Shown here: positions 50,657-63,217 of the stretch, one piece after another | Layout of the letters: each line of letters opens with the position of its first letter | How positions within the stretch are numbered: the first letter of the stretch is position 1 | NCBI GenBank assembly: GCA_951406725.2 | Contig: OX597831.1 | Span: 3,348,001-3,412,000 of the forward strand | Origin: Octopus vulgaris | Lineage: Eukaryota | DNA: 64,000 nt | Direction: 5' to 3' | Notes under the pieces: generated by a model | Database searches by the model: none | The model's input: only the letters and a program-made list of their open reading frames with translations | Told to the model about the DNA's origin: nothing | Translations under genes and position numbers: made by a program

Positions 50657-51753
50657 AAGAGTAAGTTTATGTCATAGAACCTGGGGCACTCTCAGGCAGG
50701 TTGGTATCCAAAGGGTTAAGAGAGAAATATCAATAAAATGCCAGTTTTTGTGTTGTATGTTATTGAGTACAAAAATGCATTTTTGGTGCTATGACAAAAA
50801 CCTTGCCTTCTTGAAAATCCTGCCATAATGCAGAATTCCTTAATGCAAAACTCATTTTATTTCCACTGCCTTCGATGTTACATGGAAAGCTATTAGGAAC
50901 ACACGTGTTTCGTGTTACAGGAAGATTTTGAGGAACGTGATGCTTCTGTAATGCAGGAGATGCCAGTGTAAGTTTCCACGGCAAGTTTTATCGTGGATTT
51001 AATCAAATTTTAACTGTCGTTTATTTTATTATTGCTGAAGGGTGAAAAGATAAAGTTAAGATTTGAACTCACACTCTTAAGAGAGAGAAATAGCTACTGC
51101 AAAACATTCCATCTGGCACTCTGCCAATTCTACTGCATTATATATGTAACAACCTTTCACTGTGGACGAAGATAATAAAACCAAAATACCATTAATCTCT
51201 TTGAATGTTTTCCCAACATGGCAAGCCAGATAATAAAATCTTTGTTCTCCTTGTCTGATACAGTGCGAGGTTGTCACACACAGATGACAAGGGAGACAAC
51301 CTTGCTGCTTAGTCGTAACATTAGTGCTGTGTCAATCAATCAGCTTAGAAGTTGTCAATAATGCTTCTTCTAGCAGCCAACTCTTTCAGAAGTGTGTAAG
51401 CACAGCAAGCATTGATTGGTTGAGTAGAGACGTGATTTAAGTCGAAATAGAAGGATTAACGAATTCAATTTAAATAACACGACTGTAATATCAGAACGAT
51501 AGACACTAGCAGGAAATTAGTTATATAGATTAAAAAATAATTTTTTTTACGGAATACTCTAATCTTAAATAATATATATATAGAGTTATTATAACCATAT
51601 AGTAAATATATGGTATATTTATCATACTTATATATAATACCAGATAATATATATAATACCAGTATAGAATATAAAATATCATTTGACAACTATAACTATT
51701 ATATATTTATATATATGCAAATTGAGATAGGGGTTGTAAATGCAACCCTCCAT

Positions 51754-51797
<44 letters not shown>

Positions 51798-51933
51798 AAT
51801 AAGGATAATATTGATATTTAAAAATCGATATTATCAAGTGGCCAGCATGGGAAAAAATACCATACAAAGGTAATAATTATTTACAACTAAAACCTCTCAG
51901 ACACCCTTATTTTTAGTTATATATGTATGTATG

Positions 51934-51990
<57 letters not shown>

Positions 51991-52409
51991 GTGTGTGTGT
52001 GTGTGTGTATGAGATTGTCATCATTTAACATCCATTTTCCATGAGTTGGACAGTTTAATAGGAGTGGTAAGCCAGAGGACTGTATCAAGCTCTATATACT
52101 TATAATACTGAATACATACATACATACATATATATATATAATTACAGGTGAAGGCTGGTTTATAGGACAAACCATATTTTCATGAAGTCATAGGCCAGTG
52201 GATTTTAGGGTCTGGAGATACGCTATAAAGGTATCCTTTATGACAAGAAACTCATAGTAACCCTAGAAAATGGCCTTCACCAGTCATAAATATAGATTAC
52301 TCTACTTCTTAGAGTATGCTTCTATTCTGAATTTTATGTTTTTCTCAAAAATGATTATATATATGTGATATTGTATATGCATTATATATATATATGATGT
52401 TGTATATAC

Positions 52410-52451
<42 letters not shown>

Positions 52452-52496
52452 ATATATATTATATATATATACATATATATGATATTGTATATGCAT

Positions 52497-52527
<31 letters not shown>

Positions 52528-52649
52528 GATATTGTATATGCATTATATATATATATATTATATATGCATTATATATATATGGTATTGTATATGTATTATA
52601 TATATTGTATATGCATTATATATATGATATTATATATACATCATATATA

Positions 52650-53437
52650 TCATCATCATCATCATCATCATTGTTTAACGTCCGCTTTCCATGCTAGCAT
52701 GGGTTGGACGGTTCAACTGGGGTCTGGGGAGCCCGAAGGCTGCACCAGGCCAGTCAGATCTGGCAGTGTTTCTACAGCTGGATGCCCTTCCTAACGCCAA
52801 CCACTCCGTGAGTGTAGTGGGTGTTTTTTATGTGCCACCGACACAGGTGCCAGACGAGGCTGCCGAACGGCCACGCTTGGATGGTGTTTTTTATGTGCCA
52901 CCAACACAAGTGCCAGACGAGGCTGGCAAACGGCCACGATCGGATGGTGTTTGTTACATGCCCACAGCACGGAGGCCAGTCGATGCGGCACTGGCTACGG
53001 CCACGTTCGGATAGTTTTCTTATGTGCCACTGGCACTGGTACCATAAAGGATACAAATTCCATTGATGTTCATCTATTTTGATTTGGTTTGATTTTCACT
53101 TGCCTCAACAGGTCTTCACAAGTGTCCCAAGAAGGAAGGTATGCACAGGTGGACTGACTACGTCCCAGGTAGGGGCCACGGGTTATGGCCTCTCTAGTCT
53201 TGCCGGGTCTTCTCACGCACAGCATACTTCCATAGGTCTCGGTCTCTAGTCATTTCCTTGGTGAGACCTAAAGTTCGAAGGTCGTGCTTCACCACCTCGT
53301 CCCAGGTTTTCCTGGGTCTACCTCTTCCACAGGTTCCCTCAACTGCTAGGGTGTAGCACTTTTGCACACAACTATCTTCAGCCATTCTCGTCACATGACC
53401 ATACCAGCGCAGACGTCTCTCTTGCACACCACAACTG
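52650..53437 (-). mobile_element. RTE-clade LINE, 5'-truncated (ORF C-terminus 53437-53194, 3' UTR and (GAT)n tail)
   Basis: SCGVQERRLRWYGHVTRMAEDSCVQKCYTLAVEGTCGRGRPRKTWDEVVKHDL...DRDLWK is the typical RTE ORF ending. Confidence 0.92.
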
Positions 53438-53719
53438 ATATATATATATATATATATATATACATACATAGGGACTCCTTCAGTGATAGCTGACCATGGG
53501 TCTCTAAGGCACTTTGTAGATGATTTGAAAGGCTGTGTAAAGTTAACGAAGTTCTCACATGACAGCTTCTTTTCTCTCTCTCTCTTTATGAACAGCAAAA
53601 TGGCTTCGCCTGGCTTGATACCAGCACATGCACTGTTGTCCATGCATACATACACTGTTATGGAAAGTAAACTGACCAGTTCAGCTCTGTGTGTGTTGAT
53701 ACTAAATATAATAGACTGG

Positions 53720-54115
53720 CATGGGGGTGGCTGTGTGGTGAGAAGCTTCCTTCCCAACCACACGGTTCTGGGTTCAGTCTCACTGTATGGCACCTTGTGC
53801 AAGTGTCTTCTCCTATAGTCTCCAGCAGACTAGAGATTTGTGAGTGGATTTGGTAGGTGGAAACTGAAAGAAGCTCATCATATATGTGTTTGTGTGTGTT
53901 TGTGTTTGTCCCTCACCACCACTTGACAACTGGTATTGGTGTGCTTATGTGCCCATAACTTAATGGTTTGGCAAAAGTGACCAATAGAATAAGAACCAGG
54001 CTTTAAAAAAAAAAGAAAAAAAACAAGTCCTGGTTCGATTCATTCAACTAAAATCTCTTCAAGGCAGTGCTCCAGCATGGCCACAGTCTAATGACTGAAA
54101 CAAGTAAAAGACGAA
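53720..54115 (+). mobile_element. SINE family B
   Basis: Full family structure. Confidence 0.82.
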
Positions 54116-54462
54116 AGGCAAGCAAATAACCTGACCATGAACAGAAGATAGGTAACCTTTCTCTTATGAAAATCTAGGGACTAAGTAATGAGGTTGGTCT
54201 CTTTCTCTGTCCAATTTTTCTCTCTTTTGGAAATCATTATTTTTACTATCATCAAGTTCAAATTCCGTCACGGTTGACTTTGCCTTTCATCCCTTTTGCG
54301 GTTGATCAAACAAGTACCCATTGAGCACAGGAGTCCATGTAATAAGCTTAGCCGCTCCCACCAAATTGTTGATCTTGTACCAAAATTTGAATCATTATTT
54401 TGTGCATCATTATTACGTGGGCTAAGCAAGAAGGGGAAATAATTTTAAATGTTCATGACTTA

Positions 54463-54879
54463 TAGGCGCAGGAGTGGCTGTGTGGTAAGTAGCTTGCTAA
54501 CCAACCACATGGTTCCGGATTCAGTCCCACTGCGTGGCATCTTGGGCAAGTGTCTTCTGCTGTAGCCCCGGGCCGACCAATGCCTTGTGAGTGGATTTGG
54601 TGGATGGAAACTGAAAGAAGCCTGTCGTATATATGTATATATATATGTGTGTGTGTGTTTGCGTGTCCGTGTTTGTCCCCCTAGCATCGCTTGACAAACG
54701 ATGCTGGTGTGTTTACGTCCCCGTCAGTTAGCGGTTCGGCAAAAGAGACCGATAGAATAAGTACTGGGCTTACAAAAGAATAAGTCCCGGGGTCGATTTG
54801 CTCGACTAAAGGCGGTGCTCCAGCATGGCCACAGTCAAATGATTGAAATAAGTAAAAGAGTAAAAGAGTAAAGAGAGTA
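54463..54879 (+). mobile_element. SINE family B, full-length reference copy
   Basis: TAGGCGCAGGAGTGGCTGTGTGGTAAG head with Pol III A/B-box-like motifs, internal TA/TG microsatellite, (GAGTAAAA)n tail. Confidence 0.9.
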
Positions 54880-55258
54880 TTAGATTTTGTCAGTCAAAGT
54901 ATGGCTATTATTATTACTTGCTGGCTCTGTAAGGACTTATGTACAGTGTAGAAATGTTGGACCAAGGGAGGGAAATTTCAGTAGCTGACTGGGTGACAAT
55001 GCCCAACACAACCTACACATATCATAGGCTAAAAGCACTAGGTTATTGTTGTTTAACCCATGGTCAGCTTTGATTAAGTAGACCCTTGATCAAAGGCTTT
55101 CTAACCATAACCATCCTGCTTTGCATTCAAACATAACAGAGCTAGGACTAAATTATTGAAATTGTCTTTTTTTTTTCTTTTTTAACCTTTCTGTTACCAT
55201 ATTTCTATTGAAATATGTTACCATTTTTTTCAATTAATTTTCGAAATAATGAATAATT

Positions 55259-55421
55259 AGGCGCAGGAGTGGCTGTGTGGTAAGTCGCTTGCTTACCAAC
55301 CACATGGTTCTGGGTTCAGTCCCACTGCATGGCACCTTGGGCAAGTGTCTTCTACTATAGCCTTGGGCCAACCAAAGCCTTGTAAGTGGATTTGGTAGAC
55401 GGAAACTGAAAGAAGCCCATC

Positions 55422-55471
<50 letters not shown>

Positions 55472-55684
55472 GTGTGTGTTTGTGTGTCTGTGTTTGTCCC
55501 CACCAACATCGCTTGATAACTGATGCTGGTGTGTTGACATCCCTGTAGCTTAGCTGTTCGGCAAGAGAGAACTGATAGAATAAGTACTAGGCTTACAAAG
55601 AACAAGTCCTGGGGTTGATTTCCTTGATTAAAGATGGTGCTCCAGCATGGCTGCAGTCAAATGACTGAAACAAGTAAAAGAGTA
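55259..55684 (+). mobile_element. SINE family B inside a family E MITE
   Basis: Full-length copy. Confidence 0.88.
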
Positions 55685-55850
55685 ATTTAGTAAAATAACT
55701 ATCATTATTAAGCTGATGTTTGGAACATAAACTAACATAAAATTTTGCTTGAAGGTTTTCATTTAGATCCCTTTAACCTTTTAGTTACCATATTTCTCTT
55801 GAAATACACTACATTTGTTTCGGTTAATTTTGAAAAGAATGAAGTATTTA

Positions 55851-56308
55851 TTACTGAGATGTACTTGCATAGCAAGTGACATGATCTGAGATCGTGTGCT
55901 GTAATGAAAACAGTTACAGCACGGAAGGTGTTTATAAGCCATTTAAGAAACACACAAAAACCGTTAGATTCATCATCATCATCATCATCATCATTTAGCG
56001 TCCGCTTTCCATGCTAGCATGGGTTGGACGGTTCAACTGGGGTCTGTGAAGCCAGGAGGCTGCATCAGGCCCAGTCTGATCTGGCAGTGTTTCTACGGCT
56101 GGATGCCCTTCTTAACGCCAACCACTCCGTGAGTGTAGTGGGTGCTTTTTACGTGCCACCCGCACAGGTGCCAGATGGGGCTGGCAAACGGCCACGGACG
56201 GATGGATTCACTTCACGGAATTTTGTCCGTGAACAGGTTGCGGTCTCAAAGCGACAAAAATATTTTAACAGATTAAATTGAAATGTTGAAGTGAATCTAA
56301 TGGGTTTT
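55851..56308. mobile_element. Penelope-like short insertion with internal inversion, itself interrupted by family A (55971-56205)
   Basis: Flanked by the 11-bp direct repeat TGAAGTATTTA (55840, 56308). AAAACCGTTAGATTCA-CTTCA is inverted relative to TGAAGTGAATCTAATGGGTTTT. Contains a hammerhead-like motif at 56221-56272. Confidence 0.5.
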
Positions 56309-56564
56309 GAAGTATTTAATAAAATAGTTTTGTCATTATTAAGCTGGAGTTTGGAAGATAAATTAACATGAAATTTTAATTGTAGATTTAGTCATTTAGC
56401 ATTTAAGCTAGCCATATCCAGCCCAAATATCCTACCTGTTTTATATTTAAACCAACCAGATCCAGCTTATCACACCTACCCAATCATGTCATTCTAAAAA
56501 TATGCAATCATATCATCATAGTTTCAAAAGTTGCAAGATAAAGAATGATTAATTAAAAACAATT

Positions 56565-56982
56565 ACTCTTTACTCTTTACTCTTTTACTTGTTTCAATCA
56601 TTTGACTGTGGCCGTGCTGGAGCACCGCCTTTAGTTGAGCAAATTGACCCCAGGACTTATTCTTTGTAAGCCTAGTTCTTATTCTATCGATCTCTTTTGC
56701 CGAACTGCTAAATTACGGGGACGTAAACACACCAGCATCAGTTGTCAAGTGATGTTGGGGGCACAAACACAGACATGTAAACATACACACACACACACAT
56801 ATATATATACATATATACAATGGGCTTCTTTCAGTTTCCATTTACCAAATCCACTCACAAGGATTTGGTTGGCCCGAGGCTATAGTAGAAGACACTTGGC
56901 CAAGGTGCCACGCAGTGGGACTGAACCTGGAAACATGTGGTTGGTAAGCAAGCTACTTACCACACTGCCACTCCTACACCTA
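56565..56982 (-). mobile_element. SINE family B inside a family D MITE inside a family E MITE
   Basis: Full-length copy with host halves recognisable on both sides. Confidence 0.85.
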
Positions 56983-57524
56983 TGTGAATGAAAAAAAAAA
57001 TCATTACATTTGACAAAACAATGTGGATGCTAAAAGGGTTAAATTCAAATCCCTTTGAAACAGGAATTATGATGCATCATAGAAAGAACTAGGGTGGGCT
57101 CAGATGGGTTGGCATGAAAAGCGTTAGGAGTGTCTTTTGAGAGAAAAACAGATAATTTGGCTGCTATTTCTTGCAGGCCATGCAACCACATATCTACTTC
57201 CTTGTAAGGCAGCAGACTGAACTCATTATGGCATTTAGTTTTGTCCTATGTTCTGAGAACGTTCAGGTTCTAAAAGAGCTGACTTTATCTTTTATTCTTT
57301 CTGGGTTGATAAAGTAAGCGCCAACACATGTACCGAAGTTGATTCAATTACCCTGCTCCCCCCCCACCCTTCCCCCTCCCCGCTCCACCTGCACAGACAC
57401 ACAGACTTCCTGACAAATTTCTGTTCTTGTGTCTTTACAAGTAATCATTATTTATTAAGCTGAACTCTTGAATTCTGTAGCCTCTGTCGCTACCACCACC
57501 ATCACCATCACAACACAACCAATG

Positions 57525-57743
57525 TAATATGTAGGTATATGAATATATATCTGTGTGTGTTTATGAGTGTATGTATTTGTATATACAGCTATATATATAT
57601 GTGTGTGTGTGTGTGTATAGGTATATATAGGTATATTGATATATATATATATGTATATATATGCATATGTATATATAGGTGTGTATGTGTATAAATATAT
57701 GTATATATGTTTATGTATAAATATATATATGTGTGTATGTATG

Positions 57744-57791
<48 letters not shown>

Positions 57792-57799
57792 AATATTTG

Positions 57800-57848
<49 letters not shown>

Positions 57849-58648
57849 ATAAGCATATATATATATACACATACACAGACACACATATATACGTATACAC
57901 ACATACATATAGTGGCTCACATACATCTAAATCCTGTGTATATTAAATATTAAACGACATATCTATGTATATACACACACACCTATATACGTAACACACA
58001 CACACACACATGTACATACACATGCATATGTTTAGTAACTCCAACTTAAATCCTGTGCATTCATACATGCATACATATATACATACATACATACATACAT
58101 GCATACATACATACATACATACATACATACATACATACATACATACATACAAACATACAAACATACATACATACAAACATACATACATACATGCATACAT
58201 ACATACATGCCTACATACATACATACATACATACATACATACATACATACATACATACATACATACAAACATACATACCTACATGCATACATACATACAT
58301 ACAAACATACATACATACATACATACATACAAACATACATACCTACATGCATACATAATACATACCTACATACATACATACATACATACATACATACATG
58401 CATGCATGCATGCATACATACATACATACATACATACCTACATACCTACACACACACACACACACACATATATACATATATATATATATACATACATACA
58501 TACATACCTACATACACACATACACACATACACACATACATACTTACATACATACATACCTACATGCATACATACCTACATACATAAATACATACATACA
58601 TAAATACATATGTTGTACGTATGTATATATATATATATATGTATATAG
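57525..58648. repeat. Very long (TA)/(TG)/(ATAC)n microsatellite block
   Basis: Visible simple repeats. Confidence 0.97.
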
Positions 58649-58907
58649 GTAAAGCGAGGACTAAAGATGCAGAAGCAAAAAGAAAAATTGTGAACACACA
58701 CGATTTAAATATCTAATGAATAACTTTGTAGAACTTTTTGAATTTTTTTTTTTTTGGTTTTTTTCCTAAATTTTCCCTCCATTATTTTCCTTCATTCCTT
58801 TCTTTCTTTCTTTTTTTCTTTCTTTCTTTCTTTCCTCTTCGGAACTTTCACGAGAATTCTCTCCATCACACTGTCTCCATATATCTATCATTATTTATTT
58901 CTAGTTT

Positions 58908-59030
58908 ATCGCCTGCCTCCCCCGCCCGGCCCCCCGTCCCCCATCCCGTCCCCTCGCCCCCACACCGCCGCTCCAGCACGTGCCCACCCACCCACCCTCT
59001 CGCACCTCCACCTCCGCCTCCGCCACCGCT
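58908..59030. promoter_or_regulatory. Small CpG-rich, C-skewed island (G-quadruplex-prone on minus strand)
   Basis: About 13 CpGs in ~120 bp in otherwise CpG-poor DNA, with many C-runs, CCCGCCC and CACGTG motifs. Confidence 0.4.
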
Positions 59031-59344
59031 TCTTGATAATTTTCTTTCCTATGATGATTATAATCTGTGGATCAGTCCGTATGCTGTGTATTCGCAGAAT
59101 CAGCAACATTTTAAGCTCTTACAAAACATTTTTATTGCTCGTTTCCTCATAGAACTTTTGTGGGTTTGTTTTTTTGTCTTTTTTTGTTTTTCGTTTTTGT
59201 TTTTGTTTTTGTTTTGTTATATTTTTGTATTTTTGTATTTTTGTTTTTTGTTTTGTTTTTGTTTTTGTTTTTGTTACATAATAGTGACAACACATCTTCT
59301 TTACTTTAACTCTTCAGTATAGTTCGTTGGCAGCACCATGTAAT

Positions 59345-59349
59345 CCCCA

Positions 59350-59414
<65 letters not shown>

Positions 59415-59492
59415 CACCACCACCACCACTACTACTATTACTACAACAACAACAACAACTACTACCACCACCACACCACCACCTCCACCACC

Positions 59493-59529
<37 letters not shown>

Positions 59530-59558
59530 TTACTACAACAACAACAACAACAACAACA

Positions 59559-59590
<32 letters not shown>

Positions 59591-59779
59591 CACCACTACT
59601 ATTGCTGCTGTTACTGCTGCAGCTGCCACTACAAATATCACCACACACCACCACTATCACCACTACTACTGTTACCAATACTACAACCACCAGCACCACT
59701 GCCACCACCACCACCACCACAACAACCACTACTACCACTACTAAAACTACCACTATCATCACCACTAGTTTTACTACCC

Positions 59780-59834
<55 letters not shown>

Positions 59835-59875
59835 CTACACCACCAGCATCACCTCTTCTGCTGCAGCTGCAACTT
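59345..59875. repeat. Compound (CTA)/(CCA)/(CAA) trinucleotide repeat
   Basis: Visible simple repeats. Confidence 0.95.
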
Positions 59876-60374
59876 CATAAAACGCTTATTTGACTATAAA
59901 TCAAGTTTTGTAAATATCAAAATTCCATTGAAATTCTGATAATGGTCTGACTGTGATGGCAGCTTTTAGTCTCGAGGAGAATTTGGTAAGTTCAACTACC
60001 CTGGCAGTTGAGGAATCTCAAGTTTTGGACTCTTGCTTTTGACTGAGAGTGAGGAAAAGAAAGAAAGAGAGAGGGAGGGAGAGAGAGTGGTGTTGTTGCT
60101 GTTACATCATCGTCATCACCATCATCATCACCAACATCATCACTATTATCATCGTTGTCATTGTCGTCACTACCAAATTTTGGCACAAGGCCAGCAATTC
60201 TGGGTGAGGGTGTAAACCAATTACATTGACTCCAGTGCTCAACTGGTACTTATTTTATTGACCCCGAAAGGCAAAGTCAACCACAGAAAAATTTGAACTC
60301 AGAACAAAACGACAGATGAATTGGCGCTAAGCATTTTGCCTGGCATGCTAACGATTCTGCCAGTTCACTGCCTA

Positions 60375-60620
60375 CAACCAGCTTGTAAAATTGTCCATCA
60401 TTGTGCTCTTTGCCTGCCTCTTGATCAACTGCCATCTATTCCTCCTTGCTTGACCTCTTCTTTTCCAGACCTCTGCTTCTTTGAATAAGGCCGTATTAGA
60501 TGAGCTTTTGTTTCTTCACAATGTTCAGGAGTTCTGATCTTCCACCTACATGTAGTAACATCCATTTATTTGTCCAGTGGTCCTCAGAAGAGATTCATAA
60601 TATTCTCCTATACATTTTGA
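60375..60620 (-). mobile_element. Degenerate RTE-type LINE fragment; 3' ~148 bp repeated at 61280-61428
   Basis: Minus strand KMYRRIL*ISSEDHWTNKWMLLHVGGRSELLNIVKKQKLI*YGLIQRSRGLEK resembles RTE YRRxLxIxW..TN....KKRKLxYxGHI. Confidence 0.7.
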
Positions 60621-62241
60621 AGACAGTGGTTCTCAAACAAGATGGATAAGTGCCCCACAAGAGGCACTTATCTACCAGCTTAAAAGCCATACCTTGTGTG
60701 GACTTCTAAGCTGGCTCCTGTGGAGGGCTAAGTGGCACTGTGGCCTAAAACTAAAGAGTGCTATTTAGCACTATAATATGTCTATAATGACTATATGCCC
60801 TGGTGGTGTTTGATTAGAGATTAAGGACAAATGAGAATTAATTCCGTAATGTAATCATTCTATCGTTCCAGTCCCAATTTGAATTGCAGCTGTTGGCCAA
60901 TTTGTACCAAAGTTCTTATCTTGATGTAAAATCAACAAAGTGAATTTCATTTATCTTCCTCTTGATCTCTGACATCATCTGATAAACACCAACCAAGATG
61001 ATGTGAATCAGCCAAGCTTTACCAGCTAGAAATAGCTACCCAAAATGCTTTTAAATCAGATCCCAATACTAGATGTTCAAGAACAAAATGAAGGACAGAT
61101 TTTCAATCCCGGGATCATTTATGTTGAGCAAATGTAGTCTGAGATACAGGGGTCCCAGACAGACAGAATTTTGTTCTTGTTATAATCTATGGCATCAGAA
61201 AATCTATTCTAATGCTTGAATGTCTTGAAAAAAGTATGTTGCAAGCATGTAAGATGGCTAAAACAAGATAAGCTGCCTTCAACCAGCTTGTAAAATTGTC
61301 CATTCATTGTGCTCTTTGCCTGCCTCTTGTTCAACTACCCTCTATTCCTCCTTGCATGACCTCTTCTTTTCCAGACCTCTGCTTCTTTGAATAAGGCCGT
61401 AATAGATGAGCTTTTGTTTCTTCACAATACAGGTGTAGGTGTAGCTGTGTGGTAAGTAGCTTGCTTACCAACCACATGGTTCTGGGTTCAGTCCCACTGC
61501 ATGGCACCTCGGGCAAGTGTCTTCTACTATAGCCTCGGGCTGACCAAAGCCTTGTGAATGGATTTGGTAGGCAGAAACTGAAAGAAGCCTGTCGTATATA
61601 TGACTTTGCCTTTTGTCCTATCAGAGGTCAATATATTGAGTACCAGTGAAGCACTGAGGTCGATGTAATCAACTTGTCCCCTCCCACCCGAATTTCAGGC
61701 CTTGTGCCTTTAGTAGAAAGGGTATTAAACTGAGTTTGGAACATAAATCAACCTGAAATTTTGGTGGAAAAATCTTAAATTAGATTATTTTAAAACCAGA
61801 GATTTGCATCATAGAACAAGGAGCCCCTTTAGGTAGGTTGATATCAAATGTGTTAATAGTCGAATTAATCTTGGATCAATGGAATTCCATGTTTAGCCCT
61901 ATGTCAGTATTTGTCAAGGACTGGGGAAAAAACAAAAAAAAAATTGGGGCTGACAACTTGGGGCCATTTTTACTAAAATTCAGATGTATTTTGTGGGTTG
62001 GACATGTGGAAGGTTGTGGCATTTATCTGTTTAAGAATCACTGCCAAAGGTAGCAGCAGTGCTTTTCATCTTGCAGCCTTACTTTCTCTTGTGTAGGGTG
62101 TGTATATATTCCATCATGTTTCATTCCATTTAATTTATTTTCAATGTAAACTGTACCACACTTTTAATCACAGCATAACCATGAAATGTCATTTTTGTCA
62201 TCCAAATAAAGGAAAATGTAAAAAAATTATTATTGTTATTG

Positions 62242-62293
<52 letters not shown>

Positions 62294-63217
62294 TACATAC
62301 ATATAAGATGGATGACCACTAAGTGGACATCCATTATGCTAGAAGTAGACTCCCTATGGTCTTACCACTAAGAAAAGCTGTCCAACCCATGCCAGCATGG
62401 AAAACAGACATTGAATAATGAATACGATGTCAACAGGCTCATTCAAGGTGCCACACAGTGGGACTGAACCCAGAACCATGCAGGTGGGGTGCAAGCTGCT
62501 TACCACACAGCCATGCCTGCACCTGCACACAGCCATGCCTGCACCTGCACTTATTATAAGGAGTTGTATAAAAGAATTTTTAAATGTTTTGTGTATTGTG
62601 GATGTATAAGCAATTTATTGCAGATAAACGTTAACAACAAAATCTTATATGAACTCCCAAGGACTCTAAGGACCCCTGTTGAGAAGCATTGCTGTAGAAC
62701 AATGCAAGAATAAATTGTGCCTCACAAATCTAACATATAGAACATTTAGTTAAGAGCAAAAGAGCACACACATATAGTATATGAGCTAAACATAACCTGT
62801 TGTTGAATAAATGGATATGTCATTAACAACTGATAAAACAGAACAGTGTTTATGTATTACATTCGCCACAAAGCAATAGTTTGAATACACATCAGTAACA
62901 GCAGAACAAAACAAGCTTTCTCAAGGACATGAAGCCATAAATGTGCAAATGACACAACAGACTTCAAAAGTTGAATTTAATACACAATACAAAATTTCAT
63001 TGTAAACCTGAAAAGTCATAGAGTTCACGATTTAAACTTTTCTAATGGTTGGGGTATAGACATGGCTGTGTTTGTTAAGAAGCTCCCAGCTTTGGACCCA
63101 TGTGGCTTTTGGGTTCAGTCTCATTGGGCAGCACCTTGGACAAGTGTCTTCTATGATAGCTGACCAAAGCCTTGTGAGTGGATTTGGTTGGTCGAAATTC
63201 CTCGATTAGTAAATAGC

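Noticed and set aside
50760-50984. Minus ORF containing FALRNSALWQDFQEG, reminiscent of a T-box domain start
   Set aside because: No TEMIITK continuation or further T-box exons were found. The + strand splice signals explain the segment better.
52147-52290. GGTGAAGGC/GCCTTCACC inverted ends and minus-strand CTGGTGA-AGG as a hammerhead
   Set aside because: No stem II followed by GAAA; too degenerate to support.
53438-53802. N-terminal part of the 202-aa minus ORF
   Set aside because: Chance read-through from a SINE head, unique DNA and a TA repeat; only 53194-53437 is LINE-derived.
60645-60672. Perfect 10-bp hairpin GATAAGTGCC/GGCACTTATC (similarly 62308-62334)
   Set aside because: The first follows a hAT-like CAGTGGTTCTCAAAC terminus and both are probably TE-internal. 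No evidence for an independent RNA.
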